DNA from: Phoronis australis
Taxonomy: Eukaryota; Animalia; Phoronida
NCBI GenBank assembly: GCA_002633005.1
Contig: NMRA01000219.1
Coordinates: forward strand, 495,037-559,036
Reading direction: 5' to 3'
Length of the DNA: 64,000 nt
How positions within the stretch are numbered: the first letter of the stretch is position 1; the number at the start of each line of letters is the position of its first letter. Under the pieces are notes generated by a model, which was not told where the DNA came from, did not search any database, and saw only the letters and a program-made list of their open reading frames with translations. The position numbers and the translations under genes were made by a program. This document shows, piece by piece, positions 39,701 to 51,486 of this stretch.

Positions 39701-42700
39701 ATGGGAAACGCGTGCGCCAGCGAAAATAGTGTGCAGACGGCTGATCAGAGTAAAAGACCAGCAGATAAGCCCACGAATTCTAACAAGCCTCGGCAAAAGA
39801 GTGCCGAAAAAAAGCAGAAGAATGTGGAAAAGAACCAGACATCAAACAGCAAAGAATCTCCGAAGAATTTGGACCTTTACGTGTTTTCTGGGAGTTCAGC
39901 ATGCCGAGCGGTGATGATGACATGTGAAGCCGCGGGAATCAAATACAACAAGAAGGAAATCGACGTGCTCAAAAATGAGCACAAATCGGAGGAATTTCTT
40001 AAGGTAAGAAGATAATAAAAACAAATCCGGAGCTAAATGAGGTGATCCCGATCATTGCCTGCATACGAATAAAACAGAAAAGCAAACAGTGGTGAGGGGT
40101 AAGAATGGACGAAGGTATTGCAAATGAAATCTATCGGAATCAACTTTCACAGCGAATTAAGTCACTGAAATTGGCTGTGTTCATAAAAAAATTTAAAAAG
40201 AACGATATAAAAACTTTTGACTTCTATTTAGGTTGTTCTTTATTATTCCGTTATTGTTATTATTGACAATATTGGTATTTCTATTGGTATTGTTACTAAT
40301 GCTCTATTGCAGCACTGTCAACTACATTAAGATGATCAAAGACGTTAAAATACAAACATGTAATTTACGTTTCTACGGTTAATAATTGTACAAAAATGAT
40401 ATTAAACACTGGACATAGCAGAACAACAGGTACAATGGTTGAAAACTTCACAAAAGAACTTAACTCTTCCGTTCTTTTCAGATCAATCCTAATCACTGTT
40501 TGCCGACAATGAATGACAATGGATTCATTCTGACGGAAAGGTAGGTAGTTCTAATATTTAGTAATCAATATAACGTCAAGCCTGACATTTCTTGATTTTA
40601 GAGGACTGGTGCAATTCAAAGCTAAAGCCAGATTAAGGTTTCTTGGTGCCTTTGAACTATCAAAAGTAAGAGGGCCTTGGTAATTTGAGCGACTTACCGA
40701 GGGTGGCCATGAATATCGATCTTCGTCTCTTCCCCTGGTCCCCACGATTTCTATCCCCTGTCGCCAAAGCTTTCTAATTTCATGCCCCTAGTTTCCAAAA
40801 TTTCCCGCAATTAGCCATTTTTCAGTCCCGCAATCGACAAAAGTTTTGATGACTGTTGAGCTACGTGTCGGGCCCCCTATTTTGTGCGAGCCCCACGCCT
40901 AATTAGCTTGGATAATCTGGCACTGCAAGAGTGGTTGCCCTGAACCAGCATGGATTATATCGTTCACATTTGCAAAGTAATGAGCACTCTGAAGCTGTGC
41001 AAAGTTTGCCATAGGTCACCTACTAAGCCCTCATAGGATAAGTAACTGCGCCAAGTACACGAGACATTGTCAAATTTGCAAATACGTGTTTCATGAAAAG
41101 TGACTTTAAGACATAAGACAGAAATTTGGTCTTACTGAATAAATTGGCACATAACAACCTAAAAATAATTTATACTAATTGTCTGAGTATTTAGAAGTAA
41201 TTAATGACTACGTTCTCAGAGACTATGAGATTTGATTATATTTTCTGAAATAGTTATGAAGAGTGTAAGACCAAATTCTGACTTACGTTTTGGGTCACTT
41301 TTCATGCAACAGACACTTCTGATGGCCATGTTTGTGGGCAACAAGTTAAACTGGATGTTTTTAATAAATGTAAATTGATTTAATATTACAACTAGAACAA
41401 ATTGCAATAATGAACGAAAACCAGTTTCCTATTAATTAAATTTCACATTCGATTCAAATCTTTTTTCCAGTCGAGCCATCATGATATATCTGCTGGCTAA
41501 ATACGCGCCAAAGAGCGACTTGTATCCCTGTGATCTCCAAGAGAAGGCGATAGTTGACAAATGGCTGAACTGGGATTGTGGATCTTTCGCGCCCCAAGTT
41601 ATGAAACACGCAGTAAGTGATAAAGTTTTCATTTTCACTATTATTCATCAGTTATATTGAAGGAAGATAAGGCGGAAATTGAAATTTAATTTGTTTCCCT
41701 CCTTCGACCGACCATACCTTATGTGCGCGACAGTTATTTCAGTGCAGTCTCGCAAACGACTAGCAAACAGAATATTTTTTAAACGAAAGTCAAAAATATT
41801 TACGGTTAACGGTATTACAACCTCCAACCTCCATCGCGTTCGCAAGAGCAGGCATTGTTGTGTATTGAACCGCCGTTTAAAAGTAAATCATAAAAATATT
41901 CCCTACTAATACAGTGGCGAATTTAAAGGCGGGCCAAGGGGGCCGTGGCCCCGGCCCCCTAAAATTCTCCCAGATTCCATTTGGCAGTTCGGGAGTGCAA
42001 ATGTTTGACGGGCAAAATTCTGGCTAATACTTTGCCCTGCCGCCAGCCCCCCCAACTCAAAATTCTGGATTCGCCCATGATGTAATAGACACTACTAAAT
42101 TTTAGCTCAGTAGTGACTGAAAACTCAGTACTGATTTGTTTGCATTCTCAATACATAAGGCGTTACTACACTCTATACTAAGGGCGGTGTGACAGGTCCC
42201 TAACGGGAACAATGCTCTATAATCCTTAATAAATAGGTATTCATTAGCGTTTTCTTAAACGACAAAATGCCGATGACCGCCAACCGTTGGCACAATGGCA
42301 TCACAGACTCGTGTACACCTCTTGTTGTCACAAAAATGCTATCTCTTTTGTAGGCACCGATGCATTCGAAAGGTGAGAAAAAGCTCACGGAGGACATAAA
42401 GAAAGATGTCTGTCCTCTGGTGGAAGGCCTTGACAAGTACCTCAGCACACACGAGTACTTGGCTTGCAATAGGCTAACCATCGCAGACTTCTGCGTTCAT
42501 TCCACCGCCACTGTCCTTTGGCTTGTCGGCTACGATTTCAGTGTCCATGCCAACATCTTCACGTGGAAGAAAAAACTGTTTGCTCTTCCCTACTACAAGA
42601 AAGTCAACGAGGGATTGATGGACATGCGCAAGAAGCTAGAAATGATGAAGTCGGTGCCGAAACCGGAAAAGTTGTGCCTCTACGTGACACCCGGTAGCGC

Positions 42701-45700
42701 CCCCTGTCATGCATTGATGATGACATGTGCCCATGCTGGAATTGAATACGAGTGTAAAGAGATCGACTTGATGAATGGAGAACACAAAGGCGAAGAATAT
42801 ACTAAGGTTTGTACATGCCCGGAGTAAACGATGAATGCTCGAATTTTCAAACGGGGATGAGCCAATATGCAACTCAACAAATATCATTTTGTTGGAATGA
42901 ATCATGAAAAATGCTTGATCAAATAGGACTATGTCGCGAGAGCATTTGAGCCATCACTAATTTCATCTCCTCTTGTCGTTGGTCTTCCCTTGGTGGTTGG
43001 CATCATTTCTACTCTCCCCATCGTCAGATATTTCATCCAACAAACCCCTTTTTGTCCTAAGCCCTATTAATTAAATACTGCTGGAAACGCACAGTCAATT
43101 TCCGTTGACTGTGACAGACAGGAGCTGCACAATCATGTTATGTCAAATATGGTCTTTGTAAATGAAAGTCACTCAACTTCTTTATTGGATTTAACTTTAA
43201 ACCAACTTCTCGTATTGATAATAGAAATGTAATTGGTCCTCTCCCAGCTAAAGCTCTGTTAGATTATGATGGCATATCCATGAAAACAAAGAAATATTTA
43301 AGTCTGATTTTGTTAACTGATCCACTGAGTGTTATGTTGAAACAATCTATTTCTATCTAAGTCTTCACAGAAAACATGAAAATTGACGTGATTCCTGTGT
43401 TTAAAAAGAGGACCGTTGCTTTTACACAACTACAGGCCAACTTTGTTCTGTGTCCTGAGATATTTGTTTTAAGCCTTCTGGAAAGGTAATTTATAAACAG
43501 TTTTAATATCAGTTTCAAACTGATGGCTTGCTACATCGCCCAAAGTATGATTTCCGTGGGGGGCGCTCATGAATAAAATTGTTAAAGATGTGAAAAATCG
43601 TAATTACCTCTGGCTTTCTTATTTAGTCCCCCTAAAGGTTTTGTGCAATCACTTTCATCTTTTTGAGTAGCTATCTCATTAACAGTTCTCAGAGGATTCA
43701 GATAAACAATAAAATCATAGTTATCATTTCTGCAGGGCGTCCCACCGGGATTTATACAGGGTCCATTATTGTTTCCCATTTACGTGAATAATTTTGCAAA
43801 TTGTACCAATGCATTTGATTGTATTCAGCGTGCTGATGACACAACCATTATTAAAGTTATTCAAACCTCATTGTCTGGTAAAGGAATTTCAAGTCATTTC
43901 GAATGATCTCGGGAAAATTAAATGTTATTGGAATGGTTTTTATCACAACTAAGATAAATAACATGTTTTTTATGAATCTCAAAAAATTATTGTCGAGAAT
44001 TTAGATACTGAAGTAGTCGATTCTTGAACCTGGTTATAATTCTTCATGATGATTTATTGATGGCGCCATATATAAACAATTTGTAGAGAAAATAAGCAGA
44101 CTGTCGTTTTCCAAATAACATCAAACTCTTCGTACCCTTCATATTGAAACTTCAATGCATTCACTTCGATTTTCCAGATTAATCCTCAACAAAAAGTGCC
44201 AACAATGGATGACAATGGATTCATTTTGACGGAGAGGTAAGTGAATTTTAATTAAGAGCAGATTTGTGCTAGCATTGAAGTGTTCGCCTCGTTATACCAT
44301 TTCAACTACATAAATAATAAGACTGTTTTTAAAAGAGTTTGCGTGGCACGAGGCCAACCGCTTCAAAATGAATTTCTGTTAAGAAAGCAGGTTGCTATAG
44401 CTCTCTGGATGGCGATATATAAAACATTAAACAGCAAACAGAAATATAAAACGACCAGGGAATAAATTGCTGTTCCTATTTTCTGACTTAATCCATCGCC
44501 ACCGTGGCTCGAACATCAGGACTTTCAGAGAGTTTTATAACTATCTTTCGGCTGAAAACATGACTTTTTAGACTTTCTTGAGAAAAAATCAGTGCTGTAG
44601 TGGGGGGTAGGCGCACGTAGGCGCAGCCAACCACCTTTTGGTATTTGAACGTAAAGCCTACGCACCGTAACTTACGTTCAGTGTTCAAGGTTATGCGGTG
44701 GGCTCTGGGCGTCTACTTACCTCTAATTTTACCAATACAGCACTTGAAAAAATGAATTACAGTTGGTAAATAATCAATACAGTCGCGTGTTTAATGAAAC
44801 GTACATCAAGAAACATTTACTGCCTATGTGCAAGAAAAGCTAAGAAATTCACTATACGAAACCTACTGGCTACTATACGGAAACATTGCAATGAGAAGTC
44901 TACCGAGCCATGTGCCTACTCAAACATTCGATTAATATTTGCATTTCTCAGTAGGTACGTTTATTCTCATTTTATAGCCGCGCTATCCTCTCTTACCTGG
45001 TCTCCAAATATGCCCCACAAAGTCAACTTTATCCCTGCGACTATCAGAAGAAGGCACTCGTGGACAAATGGTTGTGTTACGACATGGGTACTCTATACCC
45101 AGCCCTGGGAGCTTACGTGGTAAGAACGAGAGAAAACTCAATCGGCTGAATTGTCTGTAATATACAGACAGTTGCAAATTAAACATTTTTTAAAATAATC
45201 CAATGCCCTATTAGGCCTACTTACCACTCAAATATTTTTGAAATTTGTATGGACTGTCTTGACAAAGAAAGTGCCGAAACTTTGTGACGTAGAAAACGAA
45301 CATAAATCGCGATATGTATTTAACTTTGAGCTTCACTGCAACACAGTGCCTTGATCTCGACCATATTGTTTTAAACAATCTCTTTAACTTCCAGTATCCT
45401 TTTGTCATGCGCAATGAGCCCCTGAGTGAGGAGAAGAAGGCTAAAGTCACAGCCGTGCTGGATTTCGTTAACTCGCATTTGGAAGGCAAGAAATGCCTTG
45501 TCGGAGACTCGGTCACCATCGCCGACATCTCCACGATAGCATCCGTTTCGATGCTTTACTTGGTTGGATTCGATCTGTCTCCGTGGAAGAACCTTCACGG
45601 CATGTTACAGTGCTTCAAAGAGCGTCCATATTTCAAGGAGGCTAACAGAGGACTCTTCAAAATAAGAGAATCCATTGTCGCAAGATCCGGCGACAGTTCC

Positions 45701-48700
45701 CAGACTGGTGTCGCCGCACCTGTTAACCACCAATCAGCTACGCACGGCGTGGCTGGTGTTCCTTCGGAAGGGCTCACACTGTACTGGACCGGCTTGAGCC
45801 AACCTTCGCGGGCGGTTTTTGCGACGCTGAAGCTTGGTGGTGTTGACTTCAAGTCTAAAATGGTTGACTTCCTAAGTGGTGAACACAAGCGCCCAGAATA
45901 CCTTAAGGTAAGATTGTTATGTCGGTCATATGTTTTACCTTAGTGCTTTTTCGTAGTCTAAATTGTTAGCAAGACTCGTTATTACTCTACACATACCATG
46001 TTCTCAACTATTTTATACCAATCATGTCACTTCTTTCAGGTAAATCCTTTGGGAAAAGTACCTACGCTTGTTGATGGCGATTTTTGTTTAACCGAAAGGT
46101 AAGGAAATATATGCAAAAGCATCATTCGATTTTTTGCGTGCCACCGTTAAAATCAAAACTAATTTTCTTGGTTTTAAGAAACTCTCAAATCAAAATACAA
46201 TTTATACATTTCGGGAAAGGGCACCTGAAGGAGCATTATGAACGGAATCAAGCGGTATCACGTGTTCGAAAAAATGTCCACAATGAATTAAGAAAGGAGA
46301 GCCCGGATGAAATCCAGAGAGGACATCTTTTAAAGTATTCACTCTTGTGTTGGATGTTGACTCTTTATTGTCGGCAGACTTTTTCCACATTTCTTCAAGT
46401 TTTCAAATTTAGCATTTACAATCTTTTTTGTTTCAGTCGCGCTATCATGAAGTACGTTATGAGCAAATTCTGTCCAGATCACAATCTTTATCCAGCCGAC
46501 CTACAAAGAAGAGCCGAGGTTGATAAATGGTTGAGCTACGATCAAGGAACGTTTTCAGACTGTCTCGGAAAGTACGCGGTAAGAACAACACAGTGCCATA
46601 CATTTGTACGAGGGACGGTGCGGGTATACGCATGCACGCAAGTATACGTACCATTCTGGGAAGTAGCTGTAATAATGACTTGGCATCTCCTGATTGCCTC
46701 AGCTATTAGCAGAAATATTTGATGGGGGGTGGGGTCAAAGGCAAAATTGTTGGAGGGGCTGAAATGATCAAGTGGCAACATGGCGGTACTTTGCAACGAT
46801 CCGGGAGGCAAACGTAATGAAAGGAATTCGACTATCACCGGGGAGGGGTTTTTGCAATGAACAGGGGCGCAATGACCCTGTTGTGTCTCACCCTAGACAC
46901 TCCAGTGGTTGATGCTGAGCAGACCTGATGAGCATACTCTCAAACTTGTCTGTGACATTTCGTTAGGACTATCTTTCAATCATCGAAACAAAAAATGACA
47001 AAGAGAAAAATAACCATCTTCGAAACTTGTAAAGTTGCGACTTCTTACAATACGGCGAATTCTCGATGAACTTGTAAGGTACAAAGTACGAATGGAACAA
47101 TAGGATTCTGTAATCATGCTGTTCCAATTGCCTCGTATATCATCGAGGCCCATGTTTCATATNCGTTATGAGCAAATTCTGTCCAGATCACAATCTTTAT
47201 CCAGCCGACCTACAAAGAAGAGCCGAGGTTGATAAATGGTTGAGCTACGATCAAGGAACGTTTTCAGACTGTCTCGGAAAGTACGCGGTAAGAACAACAC
47301 AGTGCCATACATTTGTACGAGGGACGGTGCGGGTATACGCATGCACGCAAATATACGTACCATTCTGGGAAGTAGCTGTAATAATGACTTGGCATCTCCT
47401 GATTGCCTCAGCTATTAGCAGAAATATTTGATGGGGGGTGGGGTCAAAGGCAAAATTGTTGGAGGGGCTGAAATGATCAAGTGGCAAACGTAATGAAAGG
47501 AATTCAACTATCACCGGGGAGGGGTTTTTGCAATGAACAGGGGCGCAATGACCCTGTTGTGTTTCACCCTAGACACTCTAGTGGTTGATGCTGAGCAGAC
47601 CTGATGAGCATACTCTCAAACTTGTCTGTGACATTTCGTTAGGACTATCTTTCAATCATCGAAATAAAAAATGACAAAGAGAAAAATAACCATCTTCGAA
47701 ACTTGTAAAGTTGCGACTTCTTACAATACGACGAATTCTCGATGAACTTGTAAGGTACAAAGTACGAATGGAACAATAGGATTCTGTAATCATGCTGTTC
47801 CAATTGCCTCGTATATCATCGAGGCCCATGTTTCATATACTGGCCAGAATACCAGCATTTGCCAATGCACGTGTTGTGGAACATCGAAATGTGTCAACCT
47901 TGAAGTCTCTTGAGCGGTATCATTATACATTTCCAGTATGGTGAATTCTTTTTGGGAGGAAAGCAAGAACCATCAACCTTGGAACAGATCAAGAAGACTC
48001 TGACGTTTGTGGACAACCATCTCGCCACCAACTGCTATGTCTGCGGAGACAACCTTACTCTTGCTGACATCAGCATGTATTCCAGCGTGATGCAGGTAGT
48101 ATGCTGCAAACTGGACGTGACCGGATACAAGCATCTCTGCACGTGGATGGACAAGGTGAAGAAAGAGCTGTCTAAATGTGACGAATTTGCCGAAGGCGTG
48201 AAATCTCTGGAAGCCTTTCACAATAACTTGCTGGGACAGAGGACGTCGAGCGGACCAGTTCTTTACATGGACTGGATCAGTCCTAACGCTCGCCCCGTAT
48301 ACATCGCTATGAAGCTGTCTGGAAAGGACTTCACCACTAAACAGATCAGTCTGATGAAGGGAGAGCACAAGGGAGCGGACTACCTTGCAGTGAGTATCAT
48401 GTAGTAGTTGCCTGTAGCTGAGTGTCAGAACGTTCCAGAATATTTAAGAAATCCGGCGTTTCGGTCATTTATGACGACAGGTTTTTACACTCGAAAGCTT
48501 TATGACTATTTTCTGAAATTACTGGTAGAGGGCAATAATTACGTGATGATTGAACTTAAATCCAAAAGGATAACAAGAGCAACGCAGAGCGTTGAAATGC
48601 GCCCACAATTGCACCGTACACGGTATCCTTCTAGGGTTGTTTATTGGTACCATAAAGTGGCCAGTAGAGGGCATATATGTAGTATGTTGTACTTTGCAAA

Positions 48701-51486
48701 ATGGAAAGGCATGGTCAATGTCTCCTCAATAGGCTAGGGGCAAAATTTGAGTGATCTTCATAATACAAGCACATACTATACATCAGTTGCTTAAAGCACC
48801 ACAGAAACATAGAATTAAAAACAAATTTACCAACATACGAGATTAGCACAGCATTAGAATGCCAGAAACAAATTTCTACTTGGAACTTTTCCTTCATAGT
48901 CACGAAGTAACACAAAGTATACACCTGAAGACCTATGAAAATACAGAGGTCAATGTAAAATACTAAAATTGCCACTAGAGGCATACCGGTAGTCAGAATC
49001 ATCCTAAAGTCGTCATCGTCCGTTGTCAACATCACATAAATACACTTGCTAAATTTAGTAAAGATCCTGCAAACGGTTTGGGAGATACAGCCATGGGCGC
49101 AAAAAAAACTGCCACTAGGAGGCGCCACAGTAATCAAAGTCATGGGAAATTCAGCGTCAACCGTCCTCTTCATAGTAAGAACATACATGCCAATTTTCAC
49201 AATCATACTTAGAGCGGTTTGGTTGATAGAGGGGTGGACGCCAAAAAACAGACTCAAAAACAGTAAAAATGGCCACTGGGTGTCGCAAACTAGGTCGAAT
49301 CCATCCGAAAACGGGAGGATAGCGTCATCGCACTAATAGGTGCCTACATACCAAATTTCATGAAAATCCGTTCAGGACTTTTGAAGATACAAAGGTAAGT
49401 GTAAAAAACTAAAATTGCCACTAGGGGGCACACCGGTAGTCGGATCCGTCCGAAAGTTCGCACATGCCGTCCCATTCATGAATGGAACATACGTGCCAAA
49501 TTTCATGAACGTATGTCAAAGGGTTTTGGAGATAAAGCAGCGGACGCCGGACGGACGCCTCCCGGACGGACGGACGGACGGAGATGACGGCATAATGCGT
49601 CCACATATAAATATGTGGGCGCATAAAAACGCATTGGTAATTAGCAATTAACATGAGACGCGACCAGCATACACTGTATCGTGACTTCTTCACTTGTTTT
49701 TTCCAGATTAATCCCACCGGCCAAGTTCCGGCTCTCACTGACGGCGACTTGAATCTAAGCGAAAGGTGAGAACAAGCAAACTAGAGGACAAATTGGAGAT
49801 CGTTCTGTAGACCTAGTTTCGCAAAATTGCGCGATTAAAAAGCGAGTTTTTCGCAGCAAGTAGCCCGGGGACTTACTAGTGGCTAACACTTGTGGTCTAA
49901 GGAAGTCAACCCAGGTCTTTTTCAAAAATGCGATCGCACAGGACCGTAATGTTGGAATTATCTCTCGAAACGTACGCACATATAATGAAGATATATAGAC
50001 GACGACTACAATATCCAGACAGTTGCTACTGAAGCTATTAAGTGATCACGTATTTCGCAAGAAATGCATAGCGATATCTCGTGAGGTCGACTGGCAGGAT
50101 TTTGCTTTTCTCGCAAAAAATTGCTCCCATGAGTTGATGTAAAGTTCAGGCCATAGACATCTTAATACTAAGACACTAGTTGGTTTCTAATACAGCCTAT
50201 CATGATTCTGGTGAGCAACTTCGAAATGATGGGACTGTTCTTTATATCTTGTTTACCTCTTGTTCTTTGGAAGAGTGTGAATGTCTCACATTCGTAGGTT
50301 ATATGATAAGGTATACGAAGCAGGTACACTAGACACACACTTTTCAATAGAGCTTTCGAGCCATGTATAGGCTACCGGAGTACACTACCTACTTTCAATT
50401 TATTTCAGTCGGGCTATATTGGCATATTTCTTGAGCAAATACGCACCAGACTGTGATCTGTATCCAAGCGACCTGCAGAAGCGGGCTTTGGTGGACCAAT
50501 GGCTGAGTTATGATCAGAGCACGTGGAACTCGTCGTGTGCAGGCATTACGGTAAGTTGCGGCGTGTTGGGAGTTCGTACATACAGAATTTGATGAAAACG
50601 GGCAAGGAAGTTTTCATGGGTAAGACTTGAACAACGGTGTCACTTAAACATAACCTTTTTACCCTGAGTGACCATCGTATACAAGACAGAGTATCTAATT
50701 TTTTGGAAGTTTCTCATAACCGGCGACCCAAGCTAATCGCGCTAAGTCATGCCTTCATCCTCGACGCGCAGAACAAAAGAAAATTCGAGCGTTTGTTCTA
50801 TAAAATAAGTGCGCGAATGCAGAACACGTTGGTCTTTGTTAGCAAGGGCTTTCTTGGAACGGACCGAGTGAACTGCCAACTCCGGACTCAGACATACTAC
50901 TGAATCGCGAAAAATTCACCACATACTACAATACTATGGCGGGGTAAAAAAATTTACAAGACAGAATTGCAGGTCACTCACTGTTCGAAGTGCAAAACAA
51001 AAACAACTGGCGCTTCAATAACTTATTAATGAAATAAACTTTATAAAGGACTCTATTTAAGCAATTAAACTTTCACGGTCCCTCATTTTTGTTCTATCCC
51101 AGACCATTAAGGTTCTACGGACTAAATAAAGCGTCATAACGACTGATGATTTATTCAGTGATTCTGTGTTTACTTAATTCCAGTTTCCAAAGCTATTCTT
51201 GAACAAGGAGCCAGAGGCCGAAAAGGAGGAGGCGTTTCAGAAAAGCCTGAAGTTTGTCGACGGTCACATGGACGGCAAGTCGTTCGTCTGCGGAGACGAC
51301 ATGACGATTGCTGACCTCACCATGTACACGATGCTCTCTCAACTGATGGTGACTGGTTACGACATCAGTTCCTACAAAAACGTCAGCGCCTGGTATGCGC
51401 GAATGGACGAGGTAGCGAAGAAATTTGAGGAGATAACCGATGCTATGGAGAAGTTGAAAGAGTTCTATGAAAGTAAACAGAAGTAA
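39701..51486 (+). CDS. Four-domain tandem glutathione S-transferase polyprotein, ~942 aa, with a myristoylation-type basic leader (GST-D)
   Basis: 13 coding exons: 39701-40003, 40482-40540, 41471-41612, 42354-42806, 44178-44236, 44978-45119, 45395-45907, 46040-46098, 46437-46578, 47937-48389, 49707-49765, 50409-50550, 51184-51486. All are GT-AG and in frame. Exons 4, 7 and 10 each encode a GST C-domain running without a stop into the next GST N-domain. AATAAA at ~51975. Confidence 0.93.
41912..42079. mobile_element. Short MITE (hAT-like CAGTGGCG terminus) in a GST-D intron
   Basis: CAGTGGCGAATTT … GGATTCGCCCATG imperfect TIRs; homologous to 109-177. Confidence 0.55.
43380..43860 (+). pseudogene. 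Degenerate L2/CR1-type LINE reverse transcriptase fragment
   Basis: Recognisable decayed motifs: VIPVFKK, NYRP, GVPPGFIQGPLLFPIYVN (compare GVPQGSILGPLLFLIYVND) and ADDT. Confidence 0.75.
46455..47838. repeat. Direct duplication of ~700 bp joined by N, including most of GST-D exon 9 (probable haplotype overlap)
   Basis: 46455-47162 versus 47164-47838; N at 47163. The second copy lacks the acceptor and first codons and has a 33-bp deletion. Confidence 0.85.
48572..49629 (-). mobile_element. Non-autonomous Helentron (HINE/DINE-1-like) element
   Basis: SubTIR ATGCGCCCACA (48597) / TGTGGGCGCAT (49614). Partial inverted repeat at 49595-49606 forms a terminal hairpin. Stem-loop CAACGC-AGA-GCGTTG at 48580. 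(GGAC)n (GTCC on the minus strand) microsatellite at 49541-49582. A-rich ends. Confidence 0.75.

Noticed and set aside
47164-47287. Second copy of exon 9 as a mutually exclusive exon or fifth domain
   Set aside because: It begins at an N, lacks the acceptor and is essentially identical to the first copy; it is an assembly overlap.
48715-49257. 180-aa and neighbouring ORFs
   Set aside because: They lie inside the Helentron-like repeat and show no recognisable domain.
39701-51486. GST-D as four separate genes or an assembly-made concatemer
   Set aside because: The junctions lie inside continuous stop-free exons far from any N, and the four units are substantially diverged.
39701-51486. Cys richness of GST-D (29 of 942 residues by hand count)
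   Set aside because: Only modestly above GST-B (5 of 213), with no clear metal-binding pattern.
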